Assembly: GCA_016934325.1 (NCBI GenBank)
Contig: JAFGSV010000033.1
Span: forward strand, 1,959-65,958
Reading direction: 5' to 3'
Length of the DNA: 64,000 nucleotides
DNA from: Candidatus Aenigmatarchaeota archaeon
Lineage (GTDB): Archaea; Aenigmatarchaeota; Aenigmatarchaeia; QMZP01; JAFGSV01
The notes under the pieces are model-generated. The model was not told the DNA's origin. It searched no databases and saw nothing but the letters and a program-made list of their open reading frames with translations. Made by a program: the position numbers and the translations under genes. Within the stretch, counting starts at the first letter, position 1; every line of letters begins with the position of its first letter. Of this stretch, positions 1 through 9,669 are shown one piece after another.

Positions 1-11
1 GTAGGATCTCA

Positions 12-1292
12 ATGGGCTTCCTCATAGTGCAGGATGTGATCGCGGTCGTGCTCCTGATGATAATATCAGCGACTTCGGTCGGCGGGCTGGATGCATTATC
101 GGTAACCATTGAGACCATCCTGATCGGCGTGGGCATACTGTCCTTCATCTCGGTCTTCGCGATATTCATACTGCCGAGGATCACCAAGGCGGCCGCGAAG
201 TACCCGGAATTCCTTCTGCTGTTCTCCATAGGATGGCTGCTGCTGCTGGCCGTGATGTTCGGCTACCTGAACTTCTCCGTCGAGATAGGCGCCCTGCTCG
301 CGGGCATATCGTTGTCCATGTCCCCGTACCAGTATGAGATCAAGCTCAAGATGAACGTGCTGAGGGACTTCTTCATACTTTTCTTCTTCGTGCTGCTCGG
401 CTCGCAGATGGTATTCACGAACGTCACGGATTTCCTGCTGCCAATCGCCGTGTTTTCCGTGTTCATCCTCGTGGGCAACCCGCTAATAGTGATGATACTC
501 ATGGGGCTGCTCAGGTACACCAAGCGCAATGGCTTCCTCGCGGGCCTGACCGTAGCCCAGATAAGCGAGTTCTCGCTGATATTGATAGCCCTGGGCGTCA
601 AACTGGGGCACATCCAGAACGAGATACTGTCTCTGGTGACCGCAACGGGGCTCATAACGATATTCGGCTCGACCTATCTCATAATGCATTCAAACTCGCT
701 TTATGCCCGCCTGTCCAGGTACCTGAGGGTCTTCGAGAGGAGCGGCCGGAAGATCGACGAGCATATCTACCACAAGGGTGAGCATTACGACATAATACTG
801 TTCGGCTACGAGAGGATAGGATTCAGCCTGCTCGAGTCGATTAAGAACCTCAAGAAGAAGTTCCTGATAATAGACTACGACCCAGAGAAGATAACGAGCC
901 TTGCTTCCGAGGGCTACGAATGCAGATACGGCGACGCCAACGACACCGAGCTGCTGAACGAGCTCAGCTTCTCCACGGCGAAGATGATAATCTCGACCAT
1001 ACCTGACATGGACACCAACCTCCTTCTGATGAAGAAGGCCAGAGAGCAAAACAAGAAAGCGATAATAATCATAGTCTCATACCACATCGAGGAGGCCCTC
1101 AAGCTGTACGAGAACGGGGCGACCTACGTCATCATGCCCCACTTTCTGGGAGGCGAATACACGTCTACACTCATTCAGAAGCATGGAGTGAACCTCGACG
1201 AGTTCCTGAAGGAGAAGGTCAAGCACATGAACCACCTGAGGACCAGGATGAAGATGCACCACGAGCACCCGAGGCCCCAGAAGCACAGATGA
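12..1292 (+). CDS. CPA2-family cation:proton antiporter (KefB/KefC-like) with C-terminal TrkA-N (KTN/RCK) domain; probably 5'-truncated by window edge
   Basis: Multi-TM N-half with GLTVAQISEFSLIL motif; C-terminal Rossmann-like IILFGYERIG...IIDYDPE...YGDAND. Shorter than typical full-length proteins and starts at window edge. Confidence 0.85.
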   Translation: MGFLIVQDVIAVVLLMIISATSVGGLDALSVTIETILIGVGILSFISVFAIFILPRITKAAAKYPEFLLLFSIGWLLLLAVMFGYLNFSVEIGALLAGISLSMSPYQYEIKLKMNVLRDFFILFFFVLLGSQMVFTNVTDFLLPIAVFSVFILVGNPLIVMILMGLLRYTKRNGFLAGLTVAQISEFSLILIALGVKLGHIQNEILSLVTATGLITIFGSTYLIMHSNSLYARLSRYLRVFERSGRKIDEHIYHKGEHYDIILFGYERIGFSLLESIKNLKKKFLIIDYDPEKITSLASEGYECRYGDANDTELLNELSFSTAKMIISTIPDMDTNLLLMKKAREQNKKAIIIIVSYHIEEALKLYENGATYVIMPHFLGGEYTSTLIQKHGVNLDEFLKEKVKHMNHLRTRMKMHHEHPRPQKHR

Positions 1293-1384
1293 TTCCATTT
1301 CTGCCGAACCGGGCGCCTTTCAGATATTTATAGCAGTGGGACAACTATGTAGAGCAGAATCCATGTCCCGATCCGGTGATTGCC

Positions 1385-2656
1385 ATGAAGATGACGTTCT
1401 TGGAGAACATCATGAGCCAGTTCAATGCAGCCGCGGATGTGCTGCAACTTTCTGACAGCGACATGGAGATGCTCACGACCCCTAACAAGGTCATCACCGC
1501 GAATCTGGTCATCAAGATGGACGACGGCAGCTTCCGGATGTTCCCCGCCTTCAGGGTCCAGCACAATAACGTGAGGGGCCCGTACAAGGGTGGCCTGAGG
1601 TACCATCCGGACGTCGACCTGGAGGAGGCCAAGTCCCTCGCCATGCTCATGAGCTACAAGTGCGCCGTCGCCGACATCCCCTTCGGGGGCGGCAAGGGCG
1701 GCATAGAGGTCAATCCGAAGGCGCTGTCCTCGCGCGAGCTGGAGGCCCTCAGCCGGGCTTTCATAAGGGCCATGCAGTGCGACCTGGGCCCTGAGAAGGA
1801 CGTGCCCGCACCCGACGTCTATACGAACGAGACCATAATGGACTGGATGGAGGACGAGTACAGCAGGCTGGCCGGCAGGGAGACCCCCGCCGTCATAACG
1901 GGGAAATCCGTCAAGAACCACGGGAGCCTCGGCAGGGACGACGCGACCGCGAAGGGCGCGTACTTCATAATCAAGAAGGCCGTCAAGGCGCTCGGCATGG
2001 AAGGCAGGAAGCTGACCGTGGCCGTGCAGGGATTCGGCAACGCGGGCTACAACATCGCCAGGATGCTGGAGGATGACGGCAATTTCACGGTCGTGGCCGT
2101 CAGCGACAGCAAGGGCGCCGTGTACATAAAGGGAGGCGTCCATGCGGATTCCATCATGAGGCACAAGAAGGAAGAGGGCATGATCGACGGGATATACTAC
2201 AAGGGGTCGGTCTGCGAGGAGATTGAGCACAAGCACATGTCCAATCAGGAGCTGCTCGAGCTGGACGTGGACATCCTCATACCGGCCGCTCTCGAGGGCC
2301 AGATAACCAAGGACAACGCCCCGAATATCAAGGCTAAGATCATTGCAGAGCTCGCCAACGGACCCGTGACGTTCGGCGCCGACAGGATACTCGACAAGAA
2401 GGGCGTCCTCGTCCTGCCGGACATACTGGCGAACGCGGGAGGCGTCACCGTCAGCTATTTCGAATGGTACCAGAACATGCACGATGAGAAGTGGAGCAGG
2501 GAGCGGGTGTACGGCAAGCTCAGGGGGAAGATGGAGAAGGCGTTCGACGACATCAACGCGATCAGGCAGAAGAGGAGGGTTTCCTTCAGGACGGCGGCGT
2601 TCGTCTACGCCATACAGTGCATCATGCAGGCCGGCAAGGGGAAGCATTGGCCCTGA
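1385..2656 (+). CDS. gdhA: Glu/Leu/Phe/Val dehydrogenase, likely glutamate dehydrogenase
   Basis: GPYKGGLRYHP, GGGKGG, DVPAPD, VQGFGNAG, ELANGP, ANAGGVTVSYFEW motifs. Start moved from GTG 1376 to ATG 1385 because GGTGA (SD-like) precedes it. Confidence 0.93.
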   Translation: MKMTFLENIMSQFNAAADVLQLSDSDMEMLTTPNKVITANLVIKMDDGSFRMFPAFRVQHNNVRGPYKGGLRYHPDVDLEEAKSLAMLMSYKCAVADIPFGGGKGGIEVNPKALSSRELEALSRAFIRAMQCDLGPEKDVPAPDVYTNETIMDWMEDEYSRLAGRETPAVITGKSVKNHGSLGRDDATAKGAYFIIKKAVKALGMEGRKLTVAVQGFGNAGYNIARMLEDDGNFTVVAVSDSKGAVYIKGGVHADSIMRHKKEEGMIDGIYYKGSVCEEIEHKHMSNQELLELDVDILIPAALEGQITKDNAPNIKAKIIAELANGPVTFGADRILDKKGVLVLPDILANAGGVTVSYFEWYQNMHDEKWSRERVYGKLRGKMEKAFDDINAIRQKRRVSFRTAAFVYAIQCIMQAGKGKHWP

Positions 2657-2719
2657 TTCGCGTCATCCGAATTGTCCGCATGAATGAAATGGAGGGTGCC
2701 GGTTTATATTGAGCTGTAA

Positions 2720-2735
2720 GGGCTTCGCGAAGCCC
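2720..2735. promoter_or_regulatory. Perfect 16-bp palindrome GGGCTTCGCGAAGCCC (operator or hairpin)
   Basis: Exact self-complementary sequence between gdhA and the next gene, flanked by AT-rich TATA-like boxes (TTTATA ~2703, TTTTAAA ~2738). Confidence 0.4.
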
Positions 2736-2763
2736 CATTTTAAAGCGCTATGAAGGTGTCCGA

Positions 2764-3831
2764 ATGGTGAAGGGAAAACTGCCGGGGCTGGGGAAGATCA
2801 ACCCAGCGTTCTTCAACGAGACCATATATCCGCGCCTCGGGGCCGATGACGATTCCGTCCTGGTCAAGCCCCGGAACGGCGTGGACTTCGGGGTCGTGGA
2901 CCTCGGGGACGACGTCCTCGTGGCTTCAACAGACCCTTTCTACATCGCCCCCGCCCTCGGCTGGGAGAAGGCTGCATGGTTCGCGGTTCACATCCTGGCA
3001 AGCGACGTCGCCGTGAGCGGGATCAGGCCCAGGTATCTCGCCGTCGACCTGAACCTGCCCCCTGAGATGTCAGAGGAGACGCTTGAGACCATATGGAAGG
3101 CGGTCGACGATGAATGCAGGAAGCTCGGCATCGCCGTGCTGACCGGCCACACGGCAAGATACGCGGGATGCAGCTACCCGATGGTCGGCGGTGCGACCAT
3201 GTTCGGCATCGGCAAGAAGGAAAGCCTGATCGTGCCGAAGGCGCTTCCAGGCGACATGATCATTGTCTCGAAGGGGCCCGCGGTGGAGACCACCGGCCTC
3301 ATGGCTACCCAGTTCCCCGAGTTCCTGGAGCGGTGCCACGGCGCGGATTTCGTCGAGCTGGCCCAGCGGGTCTTCTACCAGATGTCGACGGTGAAGGACG
3401 CCCTGACGGCGGCCAGCGTGGGGGGCGTCACCGCGATGCACGACGCCACGGAATGCGGCGTGTTCGGGGGGCTGTTCGAGGTCGCCCAGGTGAGCGGAGC
3501 CGGCATGAGGATAGCATTGGAGGATATCGTTTTCCAGGACGTCATCAGGAAGACATGCGAGTGCTTCGGCATAGACGCCTTCAAGGCAATCAGCGAGGGG
3601 ACCCTCATCGCGACGGTCAACCCGGACAAGGCCGGTGCCGTGGTCAAGGCATTGGAGAGGAAGGGCATACCGGCCAGCATAATAGGCGAGGTCCTGCCGG
3701 GCGGTGAAGGCATCACCGTTTCCGAAGGCGGGAGGGAATACGGGCTCGAGCACCCGCATGCGGACCCGTTCTGGATAAGGTTCGAGGAGTACCTCAAGAA
3801 GCAGAATCCGGTACATGGGAAATTAATATAA
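2764..3831 (+). CDS. AIR synthase (PurM-like) family protein, HypE/ThiL-related
   Basis: STDP, ASDVAVSG, GGHT-like VLTGHTARY, TAMHDATECG, ISEGTLI motifs of the PurM/HypE fold. Confidence 0.8.
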   Translation: MVKGKLPGLGKINPAFFNETIYPRLGADDDSVLVKPRNGVDFGVVDLGDDVLVASTDPFYIAPALGWEKAAWFAVHILASDVAVSGIRPRYLAVDLNLPPEMSEETLETIWKAVDDECRKLGIAVLTGHTARYAGCSYPMVGGATMFGIGKKESLIVPKALPGDMIIVSKGPAVETTGLMATQFPEFLERCHGADFVELAQRVFYQMSTVKDALTAASVGGVTAMHDATECGVFGGLFEVAQVSGAGMRIALEDIVFQDVIRKTCECFGIDAFKAISEGTLIATVNPDKAGAVVKALERKGIPASIIGEVLPGGEGITVSEGGREYGLEHPHADPFWIRFEEYLKKQNPVHGKLI

Positions 3832-3877
3832 AAAAGGAATCATCACATATCTTATATCGGTCGATGAAGATGATGAC

Positions 3878-4054
3878 ATGGCTTGGGAAATAGACAGGGA
3901 GAAGTGCCTCAGATGCGGAGCCTGCGTATCCGTATGCCCGGAGCTTGCGCTCAATCTGAAGGAGGAAGGCGTCCTGCATGACGCGGATAGGTGCACTTCG
4001 TGCGGAATCTGCGGCAGGGTCTGCCCAGTAAGGTCCATAACGGTGGTTAAATGA
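3878..4054 (+). CDS. 2x[4Fe-4S] ferredoxin, 58 aa (not in ORF track)
   Basis: Hand translation MAWEIDREKCLRCGACVSVCPELALNLKEEGVLHDADRCTSCGICGRVCPVRSITVVK: two CxxCxxCxxxCP motifs; stop overlaps GGR start (ATGA). Confidence 0.92.
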   Translation: MAWEIDREKCLRCGACVSVCPELALNLKEEGVLHDADRCTSCGICGRVCPVRSITVVK

Positions 4055-5247
4055 GAGCTTTTGTGAAGGACAGCTATGACGTGGTGGTCGCGGGAGCGGG
4101 GCCGGGCGGCAGCAGGACAGCCATGAAGCTCGCGGAGCTCGGCCACTCCGTCCTGTTGCTGGAGAAGAGGCAGGAGATCGGCGCCCCCAAGAGGTGCGCC
4201 GAGGGGCTGACGCTCACTGCCGTGGACATCATGGGCGACATACCGCAAAACTGCAAGATGCGGGAGATCGTCGGCGCCAAGGTATATTCGCCCGACGGGA
4301 ATAGCGTCCTCGTACACTACGGCAAGCATGGGGGATACTGCCTCGAGAGGAAGCAGTTCGACAAGTGGCTCGCCTGCGAGGCTTCGAGGGCCGGGGCGAC
4401 TGTCCTGGCCAACTCCGAGGTCACCGACGTCATCAAGGAAGGCGGCAGGGTGAAGGGCGTCAAGGCCAGGATATGCGGGGAGGACGAGATCGAGATCATG
4501 TCGAGCGTCGTCGTCGCTGCCGACGGCATCGAATCGACCATATCCCGGAAGGCGGGGCTGGACACGACCAACAGCCTTGTCAACGTCGATTCCGGCTTCC
4601 AGTACGAGATGAGCAACCTGCATATGGAGGACCCGGACAAGATCATCCTCTACTTCGGCAACGATATCGCCCCGCGTGGATACGTTTGGATATTCCCTAA
4701 GGGGAAGGACGTCGCCAACGTCGGCATCGGCACCGCCCTGTCGGAGAAGTCTGCGAAGCATTACCTGGACAGGTTCATCGAGAGCCATCCGGAGATATTC
4801 AAGGACGCGGGCATCGTGGAGGTGAACAGCGGCGGCATACCCGTCGGGGGGTTCCTGCGCGACATGGTCCTCGACGGCTTCCTTGCCGTGGGAGACGCGG
4901 CCCACCAGGTCAACCCCATCCACGGCGGGGGGCTCAAGGAGGCCTCGGTGGCCGCAGAAATCGCGGCGAAGGTCATACACAGGGCGCTCATGGAAGGGGA
5001 CGTCTCGCACGATTCCCTCTCCGAGTACAACGACCTGTGGTGGAAGGAGAGGGGGGAAAGGCTAAAGAAGGTGGAGAAGCTGAGGCAGGTGACGGAGAAG
5101 CTTTCCGACAAAGACCTCAACATGCTGGCGAAATCCCTCACGAGCGACGTCCTCATCGGCCTGACGAGGGGCAGCAAGATGGGGACCCTAGCCAAGGTCC
5201 TGATGAAGAACCCGCGCCTCATAGGCATCGCCAGGCATCTTTTTTGA
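4051..5247 (+). CDS. Digeranylgeranylglycerophospholipid reductase (geranylgeranyl reductase family)
   Basis: DVVVAGAGPGG FAD motif, PKRCAEG, GYVWIFPKG, VGDAAHQVNPIHGGG motifs typical of archaeal GGR. Confidence 0.9.
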   Translation: MRAFVKDSYDVVVAGAGPGGSRTAMKLAELGHSVLLLEKRQEIGAPKRCAEGLTLTAVDIMGDIPQNCKMREIVGAKVYSPDGNSVLVHYGKHGGYCLERKQFDKWLACEASRAGATVLANSEVTDVIKEGGRVKGVKARICGEDEIEIMSSVVVAADGIESTISRKAGLDTTNSLVNVDSGFQYEMSNLHMEDPDKIILYFGNDIAPRGYVWIFPKGKDVANVGIGTALSEKSAKHYLDRFIESHPEIFKDAGIVEVNSGGIPVGGFLRDMVLDGFLAVGDAAHQVNPIHGGGLKEASVAAEIAAKVIHRALMEGDVSHDSLSEYNDLWWKERGERLKKVEKLRQVTEKLSDKDLNMLAKSLTSDVLIGLTRGSKMGTLAKVLMKNPRLIGIARHLF

Positions 5248-5328
5248 GCGCATCTTCGCATCATCCATCCAAGCCCGCCTGATTTTCTAACCCGCCAAAT
5301 AAATATCTCCGGTTCCAATATAGAAGCA

Positions 5329-5568
5329 ATGACCTGTTATGTCAAGCACCTGAGCGAGATAATGAGAAGAGCGGGCGCCGAGAACACGTATGAGAACAAG
5401 CAGCTACTTGACAAGATCGTGCGAGAGGTCCTTTCGATGGAGCGCAATGACTGCGCCGACGTGTGGAAAAGCGTGAAGGCCATAATGTTCAGCGGCAACG
5501 AGAAGCACAAGATGCTCTTCGAGGACAGGGTCGTTGAGATTTTCATCAAGAGGCTGATTACGGGGTAG
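5329..5568 (+). CDS. Conserved-looking small hypothetical protein (79 aa)
   Basis: Host-like codon usage, TATA-like region upstream, 1-nt gap to next gene; CY..H and C..VW.xVK pattern. Confidence 0.55.
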   Translation: MTCYVKHLSEIMRRAGAENTYENKQLLDKIVREVLSMERNDCADVWKSVKAIMFSGNEKHKMLFEDRVVEIFIKRLITG

Positions 5569-5569
5569 C

Positions 5570-7111
5570 ATGATCGACCCCCTCTTTGCGCTAAGCGGAA
5601 TCGGGATGATGCTGGTCGGGCTCGTGCCCGTTCTGTGGTGGAGATACAGGACGCTAGTTCCTTGGCGCGATTTCTGGTACGGGGCCGGCATCTGGGCCGT
5701 CGCCATTTCCGCCAAGCTGGTGCTTGACCTTTCCATCACGCCCGTGCTTGTCAGCTGGCTCAGCGGCATATACACGGGGATGGGCATCGCCATCCTCATG
5801 GGCGCCTATGTCGGCCTGAGGACAGGGTTCCTGGAATCCGGCCTGGCTTATCTTGTCGCAATCAAGAAGAAGCTAATGAAATACGATTTCCAGCAGGCCG
5901 TCGCTTTCGGCCTGGGATTCGGGGGTTCGGAAGCGTTCCTGCTGGGGTTATTATCATTCATAAACATTGCCGTGCTGCTGGCATTCCCTCCAATAATAGA
6001 CCTGTTGCCGCCCGCGGACAGGGCCGCGCTGCTGTCCCAGCTAACCAGGCCCAGCCTGTTGGTCCTGGCGCCTATCATAGAGAGGGCCTTCACGATCCTG
6101 ATACACGTGTTCTGCGCCGTGCTCGTCATACTTGCCGTGAAGACTAGGCGGTTCGGGTACTTCATAGCGTCGCTTGCCTTCAAGACATTGGCGGACGGGA
6201 TGCTCCCGTTGCTGACCATGACGTTCGACAGCAGAACGGTCGCGGGCGCCTATTCCATCGAGGCATTCGTCGTCGCCCTGGGGGCCGTGGGCGCCGCGGG
6301 GCTGCTCCTCCTGAGGGGGAGGTTCGGCGAGAGGAGAAAGAGGAGAACCGGGAAGGCCGCTTCGGCATTGATGGTGGTCATTGTGACATTGGCCATCATA
6401 TCCTTTTCCGCAATATCCGCCCAGAGGAACGTCGCCTCTCCGATCGTCAGGAGGACCATAAACTTCGATGACTTTGAGGGAAGGTATAAATTCATCCTGA
6501 ACGGAAGCATGATCGGCCACAGCGAGTTCGAGTACATGGGCAAGTCGATTCATGCCGGCATCGACACCTATATGATATCCGAGGACGTCAACCTTTCAAG
6601 CCCCGATTACGACATGAGCGTCTCGGGGGTGCTCCACGTCACCCTCGATGCGCGGCCGGTGCTCTTCAACATGACCATACGCAAGAACGGCGACCTGAAG
6701 AACGTGCTATGCGAGTTCGGAGACGGCATGGTAACCGAGAGAATCACGGAGAACAACGAGACAAGGGCCGTCCGCTCCGGCGTCCATCCCGACTCCTTCC
6801 TCGTGGCAAACAACATGATATCCCACTGGGCCCTCATGTTCAGGGCCGCGAAGCTCGAGCCCCAGAACACCTACATAGCCCGCATATACAGCCCGAACAT
6901 GGGAGGCGAGCTGGTCAGGTCCCTGGAGATAAGCGATGTCAGGCTGGTCAGCATAAACGGCCACGAGTACGAAGCCTACGTCTTCGAGGAGGAGACGGGG
7001 AACCTGAACTACGTCACTCCCGAGGGGGTGCTGCTGAAGATAGAGAACCACATCCTCGACATCGTGCTGAGCAACGGCCAACCTAGGAGCGGAACGGGGC
7101 TCTTCAGGTGA
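5570..7111 (+). CDS. YhfC/PrsW-like glutamic intramembrane metalloprotease fused to a soluble beta-rich C-terminal domain
   Basis: About 8-9 TM segments with G.LE, GLGFGGSEA and IER...H motifs; last ~230 aa hydrophilic and beta-strand rich. Confidence 0.7.
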   Translation: MIDPLFALSGIGMMLVGLVPVLWWRYRTLVPWRDFWYGAGIWAVAISAKLVLDLSITPVLVSWLSGIYTGMGIAILMGAYVGLRTGFLESGLAYLVAIKKKLMKYDFQQAVAFGLGFGGSEAFLLGLLSFINIAVLLAFPPIIDLLPPADRAALLSQLTRPSLLVLAPIIERAFTILIHVFCAVLVILAVKTRRFGYFIASLAFKTLADGMLPLLTMTFDSRTVAGAYSIEAFVVALGAVGAAGLLLLRGRFGERRKRRTGKAASALMVVIVTLAIISFSAISAQRNVASPIVRRTINFDDFEGRYKFILNGSMIGHSEFEYMGKSIHAGIDTYMISEDVNLSSPDYDMSVSGVLHVTLDARPVLFNMTIRKNGDLKNVLCEFGDGMVTERITENNETRAVRSGVHPDSFLVANNMISHWALMFRAAKLEPQNTYIARIYSPNMGGELVRSLEISDVRLVSINGHEYEAYVFEEETGNLNYVTPEGVLLKIENHILDIVLSNGQPRSGTGLFR

Positions 7112-7237
7112 ATGCCTATCGGATGGTTTTCGTTATCGTCCATGGCATTTCGATCGCCCCATGCCCGGCGCAGCAAGATGCTGACTGAATCGGTCATCGG
7201 CAGCCATTTTTAAGCATTGACAGCTTTTATTATTCCT

Positions 7238-8032
7238 ATGGATTTCATTGAAGCTGTCGTCCTCGCCATCATCCAGGGCATCACCGAATGGCTCCCGATC
7301 AGCAGCGAGGGAGTCTCGAGCCTGGTGATGATAAACTTCTTCGACAAGAGCCTGGTCGAGGCGGTCTTCATGGCCGGCTGGCTGCACACAGGCACCCTGC
7401 TGGCGGCCATCGTGTACTTCTGGAAGGACATCAAGGAGATCATGCGCAACCTGCCCAAGTACTTCAGGAATCCGGCGGACAGGGAGGGCTATTCTGGGCT
7501 GACTAGCTTCCTTCTCATATCGACCGCTTTCACTGCCATCATAGGCGCTCCCCTGCTCTTCTTCAGCTTGGATAATATCGATTTCGCCGGCGGGAACGCC
7601 ATGGCTTTCATAGGCGTCCTGCTGGTCGTCACCGGGCTCATCCAGAAGTTCATCAGGCCCTCAAGCATCTTCGCCGGAACGACCAGGCTGAAGGACGCGG
7701 CGCTCGTCGGAATAATACAGGCTTTCTCGGTGCTGCCGGGGCTGAGCAGGTCCGGCCTCACGACATCGACCCTGCTGCTGAGGAAGCATGACCCCGAATA
7801 CGCCCTTAAGCTTAGCTTCCTCATGAGCATACCGGCAGTCCTCGTGGCCGAGATCGGGCTGTTGCTCCTGCAGAAGGTAACCTTCGACGTTTTCTCGCTG
7901 GTCGCCATCCTCGTGTCGTTCCTGCTAGGGCTCCTCACCCTCGGATCGCTGCTGAGGATTGCCCAGAGGGTGAACTTCGGCTATTTCTGCATCTTCCTGG
8001 GCGCCCTGAGCATGCTGGCCGTTTTGCTCTAG
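7238..8032 (+). CDS. uppP: Undecaprenyl-diphosphate phosphatase (BacA/UppP family)
   Basis: IIQGITEWLPISSEG and LPGLSRSGLT motifs. ATG 7238 preferred over TTG 7217. Confidence 0.9.
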   Translation: MDFIEAVVLAIIQGITEWLPISSEGVSSLVMINFFDKSLVEAVFMAGWLHTGTLLAAIVYFWKDIKEIMRNLPKYFRNPADREGYSGLTSFLLISTAFTAIIGAPLLFFSLDNIDFAGGNAMAFIGVLLVVTGLIQKFIRPSSIFAGTTRLKDAALVGIIQAFSVLPGLSRSGLTTSTLLLRKHDPEYALKLSFLMSIPAVLVAEIGLLLLQKVTFDVFSLVAILVSFLLGLLTLGSLLRIAQRVNFGYFCIFLGALSMLAVLL

Positions 8033-8063
8033 AATCTCGTCTCTGGTCTTGCGTTTGAAAGGT

Positions 8064-8654
8064 TCACAGCATTCTAAGAAGGGATATAGTTATCGACGCC
8101 ACAAGGGGCATCGTGACATTGTCCTCGATCCTTCTCCCCTTGATGAAATCGATAGCCTCTATTACATTCGCGAACAGCGATGCAAGTAATGCTTCAATTG
8201 GGGATACAAACAGGCTGGCCCCCAAAAAGGCGAACAAGAAGCCTGCCATGCTGCCCTCTAGGAATTTCTCGTCGCTGAGGGGGTGCCTGACCTTGCCGAT
8301 CTTGACGCCCACGAGAGGCGATATAGAATCCGCCAATACGAAGACCGTAATCGAAGCCAGAACTATGTCTGTCTCGAACAGGGCCATGGTCAGCAGAAGG
8401 CCGACGCCGAAGAAAAGGGCGCCCCTTCCCGGGATGCCGGCATCGATGTCATGCTGCCGCTCGAAATGGCGCAAGAACCAGCCAATTATCGGCAACGGCC
8501 TCTTCCTGCTGGCCGCAGATATCAGGAAACCGACGAGCACAACGGCGAGCACGATCCATACGTCAAGCACCCCGAGATAAATGCCCGCGACCACTAGCAT
8601 CCCCAGCACGAGATGGAAGATGTTCCTTCTCGTCTCAAGCGAAAAGCCTGTCAT
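8064..8654 (-). CDS. Polyprenol/dolichol/phytol kinase family (SEC59/DGK1-like, CTP-dependent) membrane protein
   Basis: RRNIFHL, DSISPLVG, KFLEGSMAGF, DNVTMP motifs; multi-TM. Confidence 0.8.
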   Translation of the reverse strand: MTGFSLETRRNIFHLVLGMLVVAGIYLGVLDVWIVLAVVLVGFLISAASRKRPLPIIGWFLRHFERQHDIDAGIPGRGALFFGVGLLLTMALFETDIVLASITVFVLADSISPLVGVKIGKVRHPLSDEKFLEGSMAGFLFAFLGASLFVSPIEALLASLFANVIEAIDFIKGRRIEDNVTMPLVASITISLLRML

Positions 8655-8679
8655 AAATAATCATCGTTGAATCCGTTAT

Positions 8680-9585
8680 TTAAAAGGCCTCGACAGCGGG
8701 GAATAGTTCTGAGATCGGTATTATCGGGATTCTGGACCTGCCGAACTTGAACTTGGTGACTCCCATTTCAATCAGCTGCTGGATCTGATCCTCATCGAGC
8801 ACCATTTCCTTGGATTGATAACATACCATCCTGTCAGCACTGATTCCGGAATAAAGATTATAAGATTTGTTCATCTCCGATATCCTTAGATAGTGGTCCT
8901 TGAGGCTTGGACAATCCCTTTGGCATGGATGATTCGCAATAACGATCGACCTGCCACGGTTTTCCGCACCGATTTCATCGAAAAACCCCTTATTGATCCT
9001 GCCGTCCGGCGTGAGCACATGCTCGGGTTTGATGACGACTTGATCATATATCCTGAACAAGTGCTGATATTTGCTGGGATTGAAGTAATGCATGATCAGC
9101 GAGCATACCTGAACCAGATTCTTGCCTCGGCCTCCATACCTTTTCCTGACAGCCTTCGCATACTCCTTGCTTGCCAGGACGACACCATTGCCGCATTCAT
9201 TCTCGGCCAGCATATCCAGATACTCGAAGGCATCATCCAAATTGTCATGTCTGACATCTGGAATAACGTTTGTCATGGTGGCGAAAATCGGAACTCCCAA
9301 CCTGTTCAGCCTCCTCGTTCTGGCCTTTATGAGGCCCTGTGTCTTCCCGCGCCAGTCTTCATTGCCTTCTGCGATGCATTCAGAAACGGTCTTGCCGCTC
9401 CTGAAAGACAAGTAATCCGAATCGAAGTTTTCACCGGCCTCGAAACTTCTGCCCCCGTTCATGTCGCAAGGGTATGATCCGAATCCGCAGACTCTGTACG
9501 TGTTGCCTTGCGAATCCTGATATTTCTTTCTAATCTTTTTTGTATTGAGCAGCACATGCGGGATCTCTAAAGTAATATCGGACAT
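8680..9585 (-). CDS. Hypothetical protein, possibly peptidase-U32-like (Fe-S binding)
   Basis: 301-aa ORF with lower GC than flanks; NGGR, ANHPCQRDCP..KDHY and KFKFGR motifs resemble U32-like proteins (recalled, not searched). Confidence 0.4.
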   Translation of the reverse strand: MSDITLEIPHVLLNTKKIRKKYQDSQGNTYRVCGFGSYPCDMNGGRSFEAGENFDSDYLSFRSGKTVSECIAEGNEDWRGKTQGLIKARTRRLNRLGVPIFATMTNVIPDVRHDNLDDAFEYLDMLAENECGNGVVLASKEYAKAVRKRYGGRGKNLVQVCSLIMHYFNPSKYQHLFRIYDQVVIKPEHVLTPDGRINKGFFDEIGAENRGRSIVIANHPCQRDCPSLKDHYLRISEMNKSYNLYSGISADRMVCYQSKEMVLDEDQIQQLIEMGVTKFKFGRSRIPIIPISELFPAVEAF

Positions 9586-9669
9586 ATTTTCATTACTTTA
9601 TTATGACAAAAATATATAAAGTTTATTCTAATCGGCGATATCCTTCATAGAAGATTAAAAGATGCCGAC

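Noticed and set aside
1328-2647. 439-aa antisense ORF spanning gdhA
   Set aside because: Shadow of strong GC3 codon bias on the opposite strand; no motifs. Similar long antisense ORFs overlie GGR, topA, EF-2, ileS and the ribosomal genes and were rejected for the same reason.
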